Part shown: positions 47,689 to 57,812 of the stretch, piece after piece
How the letters are laid out: each line of letters opens with the position of its first letter
Numbering within the stretch: position 1 is the stretch's first letter
Source of the DNA: a bacterium
GTDB lineage: Bacteria; UBA8248; JACPRG01; G963555815
Assembly (NCBI GenBank): GCA_963555815.3
Contig: CAUVWX020000001.1
Location: forward strand, 192,001 to 256,000
Length of the DNA: 64,000 nt
Direction of reading: 5' to 3'
Notes under the pieces: model-generated
The model's database searches: none
What the model was told of the DNA's origin: nothing
Seen by the model: only the letters and a program-made list of their open reading frames with translations
Made by a program: the position numbers and the translations under genes

Positions 47689-49742
47689 CCTCTCCTCTCC
47701 ATTGGCTCCCCAGCGTACCAAAGTCCAAGCCCCGTGGCCTTCCACCCACCGCCGTCGCGGGCGATGAGACCCTGCCGGGCCATCTCCCTCAGGAGGCGGG
47801 ACTCGTCAACCCCCGGTGGAATCACAGACTTCGCACCGTCCACGCACCCCCCGACGAGGGCTTCTAGAACCTTCAGTTCGGCCCCCGCGTAAAGACTGGA
47901 GGGGGATTTTAGGCGAAGGGTGAGGACTCGCTGGACAGCCTCTCCAACGGCCTCAAGACTTTTGGCCTCCTTGGCCGGCCCCTGGAGAGAGACGCCGGTC
48001 TTCTCCTCTGTCCCTGAGTTTCGGACATAGAGGCCCCCCCGTTGAACGCCCTCCGCGTCGTCCAGGGCCAGATAGAGCATGTCGGGATCCTCCGGCAGAA
48101 TAATCTCCCTTCTATGGTAACGCCCCGAAAAGGCTTTTTGACACTCATGGACAAGGGCTGAATGGACCTCCTGCCAATCAGAGGAGCCCCTTTGAAACCG
48201 GGACCGGTCTGTGTAATAGGCATAGCGAAGCCGTTTATAGCTTCGGGGGAAGGGGTGGTGGATGGCCTCCAGGGCCTCTTCCATGGATAAAGAGCGACGA
48301 AGGATGGAAATCGCCACGAGGGCGTTCACAGCCGCCTTCAGCCCATTTCCTGCAAAGAGGGGGGCCGAAGAGGCGCTGGGCCGCTCCACCCACCCCAGCG
48401 TGATGTGGTGGCCTGAGCTCTCGGCCCCCAAGGCGAAGGGGACAGCGCCGGGCCGAAGGAGCTCCTCAGGGGATTCCCCTCCAAGCCCCCCCAGGAGGTC
48501 CGAAAGGGCCTCCACATCGGCCTCTCCCGCCTCCAGATCCGCAAGTGAATCTGCAAGGGAAGCCGGCATTTTCCCCCGCTTCGCGCTCAACGCCCGAAGC
48601 CAGGCAAGCCCAGCGTGCCACAGGAGCCAGCGGTCTCCGACGGGCGTCAGGCTCAACTGAAGACCCAATGTGCCTGCTGCCGCCCCGGCTCCAAGGTCAC
48701 TCTCCACCGTGAAGGCGCAGCTGGCCCCTTCAAATTGACGCGGGTGGCTTCGGACCAGATACCGAGCGAGGTGAACCCCGATCACATCGCCGTCCAGGAC
48801 CGCCACCCGGTCCTGAAGGGGGTCGTAAATGAGCAGGAGACTTCGGTCCCCGTCGGCGTCAAAGACCGCCCCTGCGGCAAAGTTTTTGCTCTGACAAAGG
48901 GCCTTTCGATGGGACCGGCCAAGCTCAAAGAGGGCCGAGACCGCCCGATGGTCCGAGGGTCCCGAAAACGTCTCTGGTTCGATCCACTCCATCCCCTCGA
49001 GCTCGACAACCCCTCCCCCGCGGTTCAGGGGGCTACCTTCCCCGTTCACCTCCAGGACCTCGAGCGCCCCGAGCGCCTGAAAAACCTCTCGCGCGAGACC
49101 GGAAAGGGCGCCTCCGGCCGGGTCCACCACGAGGAGAAGATCCTTAAATTCTTCCCTGTCAGAAGACCAGGTGTTGGTGGGGGAAAGAGAGAATTTCAGA
49201 AAGGCCTCTCGGCAGGGGGCCTTGAGGTCGATGGGATCGGGGGAGTCGCCTCCCTGCAACGGCAACTCCTCTGGCAGGGCATAGATTTGGCGCGTGAGTC
49301 GGGTCTCTTGCGGGGGCAAAGGTTTGAGGGCGAGGGGGCCCTTAAAAAGTTTTAGGCCGTTTTGGTCTTCCGGGTTGTGCGAGGCAGTCAGGGCGATCCC
49401 GGCCGGGGCCGAGCGTTGAACCATCAGAAGGGGGATGGCTGTGGTCGGGGCCATCCCAAGAAGGACCGCGCGACGACCCGCCCCCTGGATCCCACGGACG
49501 GCCGCCTCAATAAAATCTCCCCTTCGATCCCTGGGGTCCCACCCGAGGACCACCTCCTCTAAAGGGCCCGCCGCCTCCCTGGCGAAGGCGAAGCAATAGC
49601 GCGTCACAAATGCAGGGGTCAAGAGCCCCTGCTTCCACAAGGCCGAGACGGGGTCCAAACCCTCCAGCCGGGAGTCCGTGTCACGCACCATCACCCCTCG
49701 GACCCCATCTGTCCCCTGAAGTCGGCTTGGCCTCTCAGACAT
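47685..49742 (-). CDS. Phosphohexomutase (GlmM/PMM-PGM superfamily), unusually long
   Basis: GTDGVRG, TASHNP, FDADGDR, GAESSGH, RNSGTE. Confidence 0.85.
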   Translation of the reverse strand: MSERPSRLQGTDGVRGVMVRDTDSRLEGLDPVSALWKQGLLTPAFVTRYCFAFAREAAGPLEEVVLGWDPRDRRGDFIEAAVRGIQGAGRRAVLLGMAPTTAIPLLMVQRSAPAGIALTASHNPEDQNGLKLFKGPLALKPLPPQETRLTRQIYALPEELPLQGGDSPDPIDLKAPCREAFLKFSLSPTNTWSSDREEFKDLLLVVDPAGGALSGLAREVFQALGALEVLEVNGEGSPLNRGGGVVELEGMEWIEPETFSGPSDHRAVSALFELGRSHRKALCQSKNFAAGAVFDADGDRSLLLIYDPLQDRVAVLDGDVIGVHLARYLVRSHPRQFEGASCAFTVESDLGAGAAAGTLGLQLSLTPVGDRWLLWHAGLAWLRALSAKRGKMPASLADSLADLEAGEADVEALSDLLGGLGGESPEELLRPGAVPFALGAESSGHHITLGWVERPSASSAPLFAGNGLKAAVNALVAISILRRSLSMEEALEAIHHPFPRSYKRLRYAYYTDRSRFQRGSSDWQEVHSALVHECQKAFSGRYHRREIILPEDPDMLYLALDDAEGVQRGGLYVRNSGTEEKTGVSLQGPAKEAKSLEAVGEAVQRVLTLRLKSPSSLYAGAELKVLEALVGGCVDGAKSVIPPGVDESRLLREMARQGLIARDGGGWKATGLGLWYAGEPMERRG

Positions 49743-49796
49743 CTAATCTCTCTTTTCAGAAATCATCATGACGAACACAAAAATTCTAATAACAGT

Positions 49797-50588
49797 TCAA
49801 ACCGCAATGGAGGCCATCATCAAGAGTCCGAACGCAAGAACAAAATAGCCGAAATTGACCCGTTCGGCGAATTTTAACAGAACGTGGATAGTCGAAATTC
49901 CAAAAAGGAAAGAAAACAGCAGTCCAGCGCCTATCTCGGGGGACCAACTAAAATATTTGATGTTTAGTACGACGTTGCCCGCCAACACGATCGGGAGACT
50001 CATCAAGAAACTCAGTTGCAGTGCATGGATATCGCCAAATCTTCTCAAAAGTAACGTGGAGACCGTCAAACCAGAACGTGACAATCCGGGCAAAACCGCC
50101 AAACCTTGAGCGACACCCAGAAGGACGCCATCCAACAGTCGCACCTCTCCCCGATTCTTCTGGATCCCCTTTCGTCTCTTGAATTGAAGACCCGCAGTAA
50201 TCAGGAGTAAAAGCCCGATGGCGAAGGTGATTGTCTTGCTCGACAGCTGAAGGGTTCCTCCCATGCCGGTCAACACCTTCAGCAATAGAGCTCCCAGGGC
50301 TCCGCTGATCAGCGTCGAAACGATAAGAAAGCGGAGCACAGATTTGTATTCGCTCTCTGCCGATTGATATCTGAAAAGCGCTTTCAACAGCGAGATGACA
50401 TCTTTGCGTAAATACACCAATGCCGCAAAAAAAGTGCCGAGGTGAAGAAAGAGTGCAAACTGCACGAGCTTTTGAATGTCAGTCTCTTGATACAAATTTA
50501 CTTTTATCAGCGCAATCAGTCCTTCCGAACTGACAGGAAGCCATTCAGCGATGCCCTGTACCGTGCCTAGGATGATTCCTTCGAGCAT
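49797..50588 (-). CDS. uppP: Undecaprenyl-diphosphate phosphatase (BacA/UppP)
   Basis: QGIAEWLPVSSEG, LHLGT, PGLSRSG, SFLMSLP. Confidence 0.9.
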   Translation of the reverse strand: MLEGIILGTVQGIAEWLPVSSEGLIALIKVNLYQETDIQKLVQFALFLHLGTFFAALVYLRKDVISLLKALFRYQSAESEYKSVLRFLIVSTLISGALGALLLKVLTGMGGTLQLSSKTITFAIGLLLLITAGLQFKRRKGIQKNRGEVRLLDGVLLGVAQGLAVLPGLSRSGLTVSTLLLRRFGDIHALQLSFLMSLPIVLAGNVVLNIKYFSWSPEIGAGLLFSFLFGISTIHVLLKFAERVNFGYFVLAFGLLMMASIAV

Positions 50589-50695
50589 ATCTATTCCTCA
50601 CCACTCAAAATCAAGACAAACACTACCGGGTCATCTTTTCAAATTGACAGACAGGAAAACCTGTGGCCCACCCAGGACCCTCTTCTCATGTCCTC

Positions 50696-52516
50696 TCAAG
50701 CGACGGTGACGGATTTCGCCAGGGCCCTCGGGCGGTCGATGTTTCGCTTGAGGCCCGTAGCGGCGAAATAGGCGAAGAGCTGGGAGGCCACCAGGTGGAG
50801 GAAAGGGGTGATGAGCGGTGATCCTGGAGGAAGGGCGATCCCCTCATCGCAGACGGCCCGGGCCTCCTCGTCCCCGTCGAAGTAGATCCCGATGACAAGG
50901 CCCCCGCGGGCCCGAACCTCCTCGATATTGCTGAGGGTGAGGGCGTGGACTTCTCCCTCCTCGGGGCTGGGGATCAGGAAGAAGGAGGTCATCCCGTCGT
51001 CAATGAGGGAGATGGTGCCGTGCTTTAGAAAACCTGCCGACATGCCTTCGGCGTGAAGGTAGGTCACCTCCTTCATTTTCAGGGCGGCCTCCAGGGCGAC
51101 GGCGTAGTGAATCCCCCGGCCGAGATAGAGCCAGTTTGCGGCCTTGAGGTGGCGGTGGGCGACAGAGCGGATAAAGCCCGAGCGCTCGTTGAGAACTTCC
51201 TGAATGAGGGCGGGAAGGCCCTCAACCTCTTTTCGTATGCGCTTTCGGTCCGCCTGGCTGAGATGGCCTATGATACGCCCGAGCTCGACGGCCACGAGGA
51301 GAAGGATGATCATCTGAGAGAGGGCGGCCTTGGTGCTGAGAACACAGATCTCCGGCCCTGCCCCCTGCAAGATAGCCAGATCTACCAGGCGAGCCATCGA
51401 GGAGCCTTGAACGTTCAGGACAGCGGCCGTCTTCGCCCCGCTTTCCCGTGCGCAGCGCAGCGCGCTCAGGGTATCGTAGGTCTCCCCAGATTGGGAAACG
51501 GCAATGACGAGGGTCTCCTTGTCGACCTCGGCGAGAGGCTTGAACTCATCGCTGCTAATGGCGGGAAGGTAGCGCTTTGAGAGCTGGGTAAAGAGATACT
51601 GGGCCACCAGGCTGACGTAGTAAGTGGTCCCGGTCCCCACCAAATAGGTCCGGCGGCAAGACTCGATCTGTCTCGCCAGTTTCCCCAGCGTTTTCTCATC
51701 CAGCTTCAGGGCCTGGGCCACCGTGAGGGGTTGCTCGTAGATCTCTTTGAGCATGTAGTGGGGGTATCCCCCTCGCTTTGAGGTCTCGGCGTCCCAATGG
51801 ATCTCCGTGACTTCCTTTCTCTTGGGCCGGGCCGTGTGGAAATTCTTCACCTCAAAGCCGTCCTTGGTCACGATGGCCATTTCCCCATCATCCAGGACAA
51901 CAGCGTGTTTGGTGAATTCGATGAACCCGTTGAAATCTGAGGCGACGAAGTGACAACTATCGCCAATCCCCAAGATGAGTGGGCTCTCCCTCTTGGCACA
52001 CAGGATGCGGTCAGGCGCACTGAGGGAGACGAGGGCGATGGCGAAGCTGCCGTCCAGTTCCCCCAGCGTTTTCCGGAAGGCCTTCTCCAGACCGAGGCCG
52101 GCTTGCAGGTATTCCTCGATCAGATGAGGCACCACCTCGCTGTCTGTATCAGATCGAAAATGATGCCCCGCCGCCAGGAGGCGTTCCCGAAGCGGGCGCA
52201 GGTTTAAGATGATCCCATTATGAACAACAGCGGTCTCACTCCGGCAGCAATAGTGGGGGTGGGCGTTGGCCTTGCTGACCTTGCCGTGTGTCGCCCAGCG
52301 AGTGTGGGCAATCCCGACGTGGCCCTTGACCTGAGTGAGGGCCTCCTTATCATTGACCTCCTCCACGGTCCCGATATTCTTTCTCATCATCATGCCTTTG
52401 GAATTAAGCACCGCAACGCCGCAGGAGTCGTATCCTCGATACTCCAGGCTTCGGATGCTCTGAAAGAGATCGGAGGCGATATCTCGGTAGCTGGCGATGC
52501 CGCTGATGCCGCACAC
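50696..52516 (-). CDS. glmS: Glutamine--fructose-6-phosphate aminotransferase
   Basis: N-terminal CGI, LEYRGYDS, HTRWATHG, SQSGET, ALKMKE, PRALAKSVTV. Confidence 0.96.
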   Translation of the reverse strand: MCGISGIASYRDIASDLFQSIRSLEYRGYDSCGVAVLNSKGMMMRKNIGTVEEVNDKEALTQVKGHVGIAHTRWATHGKVSKANAHPHYCCRSETAVVHNGIILNLRPLRERLLAAGHHFRSDTDSEVVPHLIEEYLQAGLGLEKAFRKTLGELDGSFAIALVSLSAPDRILCAKRESPLILGIGDSCHFVASDFNGFIEFTKHAVVLDDGEMAIVTKDGFEVKNFHTARPKRKEVTEIHWDAETSKRGGYPHYMLKEIYEQPLTVAQALKLDEKTLGKLARQIESCRRTYLVGTGTTYYVSLVAQYLFTQLSKRYLPAISSDEFKPLAEVDKETLVIAVSQSGETYDTLSALRCARESGAKTAAVLNVQGSSMARLVDLAILQGAGPEICVLSTKAALSQMIILLLVAVELGRIIGHLSQADRKRIRKEVEGLPALIQEVLNERSGFIRSVAHRHLKAANWLYLGRGIHYAVALEAALKMKEVTYLHAEGMSAGFLKHGTISLIDDGMTSFFLIPSPEEGEVHALTLSNIEEVRARGGLVIGIYFDGDEEARAVCDEGIALPPGSPLITPFLHLVASQLFAYFAATGLKRNIDRPRALAKSVTVA

Positions 52517-52521
52517 AGCTC

Positions 52522-53727
52522 TTAAGTCCCCCGGGTGATGGTCCCGTGGTGGGGGATGATGGTAGCGGCAGGGATGACGGTCCCGGCCAGAAGGGTGTTC
52601 CCGGCGCCGATGATGGCCCCATCGCCGATGAAGGAACCCAGCTTCTCCATCCCCGTTTCCACGAGGGCCCCATCCTGATGGGCCTGGACCGTTGTGCCGT
52701 CTAAATTGGTGTTGACCGTCATCGTCCCTGATCCAATGTCGACCCCCTCCCCCACCACACTATCCCCGATAAAAGAGAGGCGGCCCACCTTAGCGGAGCC
52801 AAAAAGGACGCAGTTCTTCAACTCGACCCCATAGCCGATGACCGATTTGGGACCAATGCTGGTATAGCGACGAATGAGGACGTTGTTGCCAACGAAAGTG
52901 CCGGGGCCGATGTAACAGGGGCCCTGCAAAACTGTCCCTGATTCGATCACCACCTCGTCCCCGATCCGGACCGGCCCGTCCACCTTGACAGAGCCACGCA
53001 ACTGGACGGAATCGGAGATGACGGCCTCGTGCCAGCCGTCCATGACCATCCGGTTGGCCCGAAGAATGTCCCAAGGGTGCTGCGTATCGACCCAATCCTC
53101 CTCCCAGATAGAGGACCGCAAGCCCTCTGTCGAGATGAGGTTCCCAAGGGCCTCCTCCATGTTGGCCCCGAACTTCTCGAGACGGTTAAAGAAATCCTGG
53201 GGAAGGACGAAGACGCCGGCCAGGACGTAGTTCCCATGACGAGGCTGCATTGGCTTCTCGACCAGCCGCGTGATCCGCATTTCGTTGTCCAGGTAGACAT
53301 TGCCGAAGGCCTCGGCGGAAGGGGTCAGGCAGATGGCCGCGACCGCAGAGCGGAAGGAGTGGAAGGACTGGATGGTCTGCCAGTAGATGTTCCCGGCCGT
53401 CAGGACATCCCCGTAGACCAGGAGAAAGAAGTCCCCCGGATGGACCCGCCCCCGGGCGTGAAGGAGAGCGTCTCCGATCCCCCCCCCATCCTCCTGGGCG
53501 ACGTAGGAGATGTTCACGCCAAAATCGTGACCCCGGCCGAAATGGGATAAGATCTGTTCCTGGCAATGCCCGACGACCAAGATGAGATCGTGAATGCCCA
53601 CTTCTTTGAGGAATACGACGGTGTTCTCCAACAGAGAACGACCGCTCACGGAGATCATGGGTTTCGGGCGGGTGGTCGTGAAGGGTTTTAGGTCATCGCC
53701 CCCTCCAGCCAGGATGACTGCCTTCAT
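52522..53727 (-). CDS. Sugar-1-phosphate nucleotidyltransferase with beta-helix domain (archaeal GlmU-like)
   Basis: MKAVILAGG, RPKPM, LLVYGD, LVEKP, followed by hexapeptide repeats. Confidence 0.85.
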   Translation of the reverse strand: MKAVILAGGGDDLKPFTTTRPKPMISVSGRSLLENTVVFLKEVGIHDLILVVGHCQEQILSHFGRGHDFGVNISYVAQEDGGGIGDALLHARGRVHPGDFFLLVYGDVLTAGNIYWQTIQSFHSFRSAVAAICLTPSAEAFGNVYLDNEMRITRLVEKPMQPRHGNYVLAGVFVLPQDFFNRLEKFGANMEEALGNLISTEGLRSSIWEEDWVDTQHPWDILRANRMVMDGWHEAVISDSVQLRGSVKVDGPVRIGDEVVIESGTVLQGPCYIGPGTFVGNNVLIRRYTSIGPKSVIGYGVELKNCVLFGSAKVGRLSFIGDSVVGEGVDIGSGTMTVNTNLDGTTVQAHQDGALVETGMEKLGSFIGDGAIIGAGNTLLAGTVIPAATIIPHHGTITRGT

Positions 53728-53950
53728 CCACCGCTCCTTCCCCGCCTGGTCCCTCGAAGACGGGCCCTGTAAGACATCCTAGCCTCCGGCGGGATGGTCG
53801 AATTCTCAGTCAGACAACCCAATGTCAAGACCACCCCCTTCTCCACCAACACCTTAATTATAACGGTGCTCGCTCCGATGACGCAACCTGAGCCCAGGCG
53901 GCTTCGACCGGGGGCGTAGACGCCAGGGTAGAGATACGTGCCGGTCCCAC

Positions 53951-54757
53951 TTAAACGGCCTCCCCCGCCCGTCTTCTGAGAATCTCCTCAGCCTGGTTCA
54001 GATCCTCGCGGCTGTTGATCCCCAGGGCTTCCTCAAAGGGCACCCTTTGGGCGGAGACCCGCAAGCCACTGTGGACTGCCCCCTCGACGATGTCGGTGAG
54101 CAGAAACTCCCCCTGCCGCTTCTTGGACGAAATGGCAGAGAGGGCCTCAAACACCCAAGGGAGGGCAAAACAATAAGCCCCTGCATTGAGCTCCCGGATG
54201 GCCTGATTCTCACGCGTGAGGTCAGCCTCCTCGACGATGCGGACCACTTGCCCCTCCCCGCCCCGCACGACCCTCCCGTACCCTGCGGGGTGTTGAGCCT
54301 CAAAGGTTAGAAGGGTCACCGCCGCCCCATCCACTCGGTGAGTCTCGAGGAAGGAGGCGACGGTCTTCGGCCTCAGGAGAGGGACATCCCCGCTCAGGAC
54401 CAGAAGATGTCCACTATCGTTGTGAAGGGAAGACGCTGTCTGGAGGAGGGCATGGGCCGTCCCAAGCTGCTCGGCCTGAAGGACCACCTCGACGGGTGGA
54501 TTCTCCTCTCCCTGCAGGAACTCTTCGACCTGCCCCCTTTGATGGCCTACCACTGTCACGATCCGATCCGGCTTGAGGGCGTGTGCAGTGGCGAGGACGT
54601 GGCCGATCAGGGGAGTCCCGGCCAGGCGATGGAGCACCTTCGGCCGTGAGGAGCGCATTCGCACTCCGCGGCCGGCGGCCAGGATAACGATGATGATTCT
54701 TCCCTGCCCGGAAGGAGAATCCGAAACAGAGGGCGATAGGCTCTCGGGAAGATCCAA
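53951..54757 (-). CDS. GlmU N-terminal uridylyltransferase domain only
   Basis: ILAAGRGVRMRS..PKVLH, EQLGTAHA, GDVPLL, GYGRVVR, IVEE, GINS; ends before any beta-helix. Confidence 0.85.
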   Translation of the reverse strand: MDLPESLSPSVSDSPSGQGRIIIVILAAGRGVRMRSSRPKVLHRLAGTPLIGHVLATAHALKPDRIVTVVGHQRGQVEEFLQGEENPPVEVVLQAEQLGTAHALLQTASSLHNDSGHLLVLSGDVPLLRPKTVASFLETHRVDGAAVTLLTFEAQHPAGYGRVVRGGEGQVVRIVEEADLTRENQAIRELNAGAYCFALPWVFEALSAISSKKRQGEFLLTDIVEGAVHSGLRVSAQRVPFEEALGINSREDLNQAEEILRRRAGEAV

Positions 54758-54786
54758 AAGACACTCAGGGGGGAAACTCCGGCCGG

Positions 54787-55404
54787 CTAGCGGGCCGTCC
54801 GGATGGTCAATTCCTTGATCTTCGAGCGAAGCGTGTTGCGATTGATCCCCAGGATGTTCGCCGCTTTTATCTTGTTTCCGCCCGTCTCCTCCAACACCAT
54901 CTCGAGCAGGGGTTTCTCAATGCAGTGCATCACAAAATCGTAGAGGTCCCCCTTTTTGCCGGGGTCAGCCCGCTTGACGACTTTGCGAAGGCGTTCCAGA
55001 AGGAGGCCCGAGACACTCTCTAGATTTCTCATTCGTTGAAGGTCTCGACGGACCTTCTGATCCTCCAGAGCCCGGTCGATAAGGAGTGACACCTCCTCGG
55101 GGAGGAAAGGCTTCATGAGAAAGCCGAAGGCCCCCTCTTTCATCATCTCTAAGGCATTCCGTTTGGCCGAGGGGTGGGCCATCAGAACGAGCTTTGGATT
55201 CAACTCCTTACGCCGTTCCATGAGGAGTGACGCGCCGCTTCGAATCCCGACGAAGGCCAAAAGGAAGCGTTGGCCTCGAAGGGTCTCAGAGGGTCCCAGG
55301 CCATCTATGGAGACGAGCTCCACGTCCAGGGTTTTTGAGCCCGCGTCCAGGGCCGCTCGCGTCTCCGGATCCTTGGTGAGGAAAAACACCTTCTCGGCAG
55401 ACAT
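54787..55404 (-). CDS. Fis-type HTH regulator with a degenerate receiver-like N-terminus
   Basis: GAFGFLMKPF receiver remnant; EKPLLEMVLEETGGNKIKAANILGINRNTLRSKI. Confidence 0.8.
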   Translation of the reverse strand: MSAEKVFFLTKDPETRAALDAGSKTLDVELVSIDGLGPSETLRGQRFLLAFVGIRSGASLLMERRKELNPKLVLMAHPSAKRNALEMMKEGAFGFLMKPFLPEEVSLLIDRALEDQKVRRDLQRMRNLESVSGLLLERLRKVVKRADPGKKGDLYDFVMHCIEKPLLEMVLEETGGNKIKAANILGINRNTLRSKIKELTIRTAR

Positions 55405-55635
55405 CTTAAGACGCCCTCTGGTCCATCAGAATTTAGAAGGGAGAGTCCCTTGCCGGGTCCCTGGGGTTCTCGATTCGTTTGACCTATATTTTAGGAGTGC
55501 GCATTGGAGAAAACAGAAAAATGGTATCGAGGGTCTCATGTGCCGTCAAGGGAAAAATGCCCTCTGCAAAAAAAAACTCCTGCCCTCTTCGTTCGAAAAT
55601 TGTCCGAAAAAATTTCTCCGCCTTTGAGATTCCGC

Positions 55636-56286
55636 CTAGCGCCTGCGGTGGTTATCAATCCCATGGTAGGCCTCGATGTAATCCACGATCAGTTTTTCAT
55701 CGAATGCCTCCAGCTCCTCTATCCGGCGCCAGGCAGTGAGGACAATGAGGGGTTCCATATCAGGATAGGGGGCCGCGATGACGAACTCCGGATACCGCTT
55801 CACAACGGCTTCAATCTTCTGAATGAGATCAGCACAATCCTGACAGCGATATTGGACGAGGACCCCTCCATCCTCGAGGTTATGAATCTGGAGGGCCTTT
55901 GGGAGGGGTGCCCGGTGAACACCCCAAGGGGCGATGAAAGGAAGATGAGGTCCCGACGTGGGTGGGTTGCTGTTATAGGGGAAGGGGATCCGTGCTTGAG
56001 CTTCAGAGATGTGTCGATGCCCCTGGCTGGCCAGGACTCTCCCAAGGGAGTCCCGTGAGGTCAACTGATAGATGCCAAAGGCGATGCCTGCCAAAACGAG
56101 AAGGGAAATCCCATACCCGATCCGCTTTCGCGATGCCTTGGTCCGGCGCTTGGTGCGCTCCTGTTTTTGTACCTCCTGCGACTTCCGGCGATCGGGGCGT
56201 TTTTCCCCTTTTTTCGGGCCCTTCTTCACCCTATGTCCTCCCTCATCCACAAGTCTCGCTTGTGGTCGCAATCCCCCACCTGACAC
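55636..56286 (-). CDS. DUF3105 domain protein
   Basis: YNSNPPTSGPH, IHNLEDGGV, IVLTAW; one TM helix. Confidence 0.8.
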   Translation of the reverse strand: MSGGGLRPQARLVDEGGHRVKKGPKKGEKRPDRRKSQEVQKQERTKRRTKASRKRIGYGISLLVLAGIAFGIYQLTSRDSLGRVLASQGHRHISEAQARIPFPYNSNPPTSGPHLPFIAPWGVHRAPLPKALQIHNLEDGGVLVQYRCQDCADLIQKIEAVVKRYPEFVIAAPYPDMEPLIVLTAWRRIEELEAFDEKLIVDYIEAYHGIDNHRRR

Positions 56287-56542
56287 CTCTGCAATGGGGC
56301 TTTGTCAACAAGAGACTGTATGTTGTAGCCAAGATCCACTTTTTACACAAGCCCAGAAGCAATTCTATCTCTCATTCCCAGTCGGATGGAAGGGGCCTTC
56401 GCCAGAACCCGAGGAGCCAGGTCCCTCTCCCTGCCCTGCCGGTCAATGAATTCAGCGTTGACAGAGGCCCCCCGCCCATTTAGGCTTGACAGGATTTGCC
56501 AACATTGATTGACCCCTCGACAAAAGAAAGGGGTTCGCCTAT

Positions 56543-57586
56543 ATGCAAATTTTCAAGCCGCAAATACTTCGGGGGATCATTCTCTTCTTCATGGTGCTCC
56601 TGGGGAGCCCAGGCATCCCTTGGGCCCAGGACCGCACCGACATCCTCGGCCCGCTGCCCCTGCGAAACCACCAACCCCTTCATCTCCTCTTCTATGAGTT
56701 CGTCCCCGAGCGAGCCTACGCGCTCCGCCAGGGCTCCTATCTCGTCCGCCTCGATATGACAGAGACCAACACCATTCTGGACGACTTGAACAAGGAGCCT
56801 TCCTTTATCGCGGACCTGGAGATGAGCCGTTTCACGTGGCGGGGCCTCTACGGCCTCTCGCACAACGTGACCGTCGGGATCGAGGTCCCCCTCGTCCACA
56901 CCTTTGGGGGCATCCTGGACCCCTTCGTCGAAGGGACCGAGCGCCTCTTAGATGAGCTCCGTGAGGATCGGCGCTTGGAGAACGACGGGGACTTCCGCTT
57001 CTTCCTGGACTCCCTGGGGGACCGGATTTTAGAAGGGAACCGGGGGGCCTTTGGGATCGGGGACGTGGCCCTGGAGGGGATGTGGCAGTTTTTGGAGGAG
57101 AGAGGCCCCTTCATCCCCGCCATGACCCTAAGGGGTGCGATCAAGTTCCCAACCGGAGACCTGGATCGCGTCTTCGGGAGCGAAAAGTTCGACGGGGCCA
57201 TGGGTTTTGCGGCGCAGAAGATCTGGGGTCGCTGGAGCGCCTCCGCCAATTTCGGCCTGATCATCATCTCCGACCCCTTTGATCGGCCGGAGATTAAGAC
57301 AAAGCCGGTGATCGCCAGCGGGAGCTTTTCCCTGGAGCGCCTCATCACATCCACCATCTCTCTCATCCTCCAGGCCAACAACGCCAGCGCGCCCTTTGAA
57401 AGGACAGGGTCGCCCACGGTGCGGCCCCTCAGTGACTCGACCCATGAGGTGGCCTTCGGCATCAAGTGGGGCTTTGGAAAGGCTGGCCTCCTTCAGTTCG
57501 CCTTTGTGGAAGATTTCGCCGATCGGGCAGCAGTAGACGCCGATATCACCTTCCTCCTCTCCCTCGGCCATCGGTTCGGACAGTGA
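56543..57586 (+). CDS. Putative outer-membrane beta-barrel protein (DUF3187-like)
   Basis: Signal peptide, PLPLRNHQP, GGILDPFVE, GIGDV, KFPTGD, amphipathic strands. Confidence 0.7.
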   Translation: MQIFKPQILRGIILFFMVLLGSPGIPWAQDRTDILGPLPLRNHQPLHLLFYEFVPERAYALRQGSYLVRLDMTETNTILDDLNKEPSFIADLEMSRFTWRGLYGLSHNVTVGIEVPLVHTFGGILDPFVEGTERLLDELREDRRLENDGDFRFFLDSLGDRILEGNRGAFGIGDVALEGMWQFLEERGPFIPAMTLRGAIKFPTGDLDRVFGSEKFDGAMGFAAQKIWGRWSASANFGLIIISDPFDRPEIKTKPVIASGSFSLERLITSTISLILQANNASAPFERTGSPTVRPLSDSTHEVAFGIKWGFGKAGLLQFAFVEDFADRAAVDADITFLLSLGHRFGQ

Positions 57587-57598
57587 GACCGGGAAGGC

Positions 57599-57627
57599 TT
57601 GACAGGGGCCAGTCCTGCGGATAATAT
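57599..57627 (+). promoter_or_regulatory. Sigma70-type promoter upstream of hpnH
   Basis: TTGACA-N17-TAATAT. Confidence 0.6.
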
Positions 57628-57812
57628 TTTATCTCATATCGGACGTCAGGGCGTTTTCCCCTGTCTGCTAGACACAAGGGTGCAGAGGACCGCTAACCAT
57701 TTATGTTGTCAGGAGTTAGAGAGACGGAAGTCGAGCTTCTTCCAGAGGGCCCCAAGCAGCTTTGCGCGCTACTTCCTCTGGGACCGGGGAAATACCGGAT
57801 AGGAAATAGGCC

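Noticed and set aside
52517..53950. glmS ribozyme
   Set aside because: glmS starts 5 nt after the upstream gene, and the 53728-53950 spacer lacks the ribozyme core; it shows only promoter-like hexamers.
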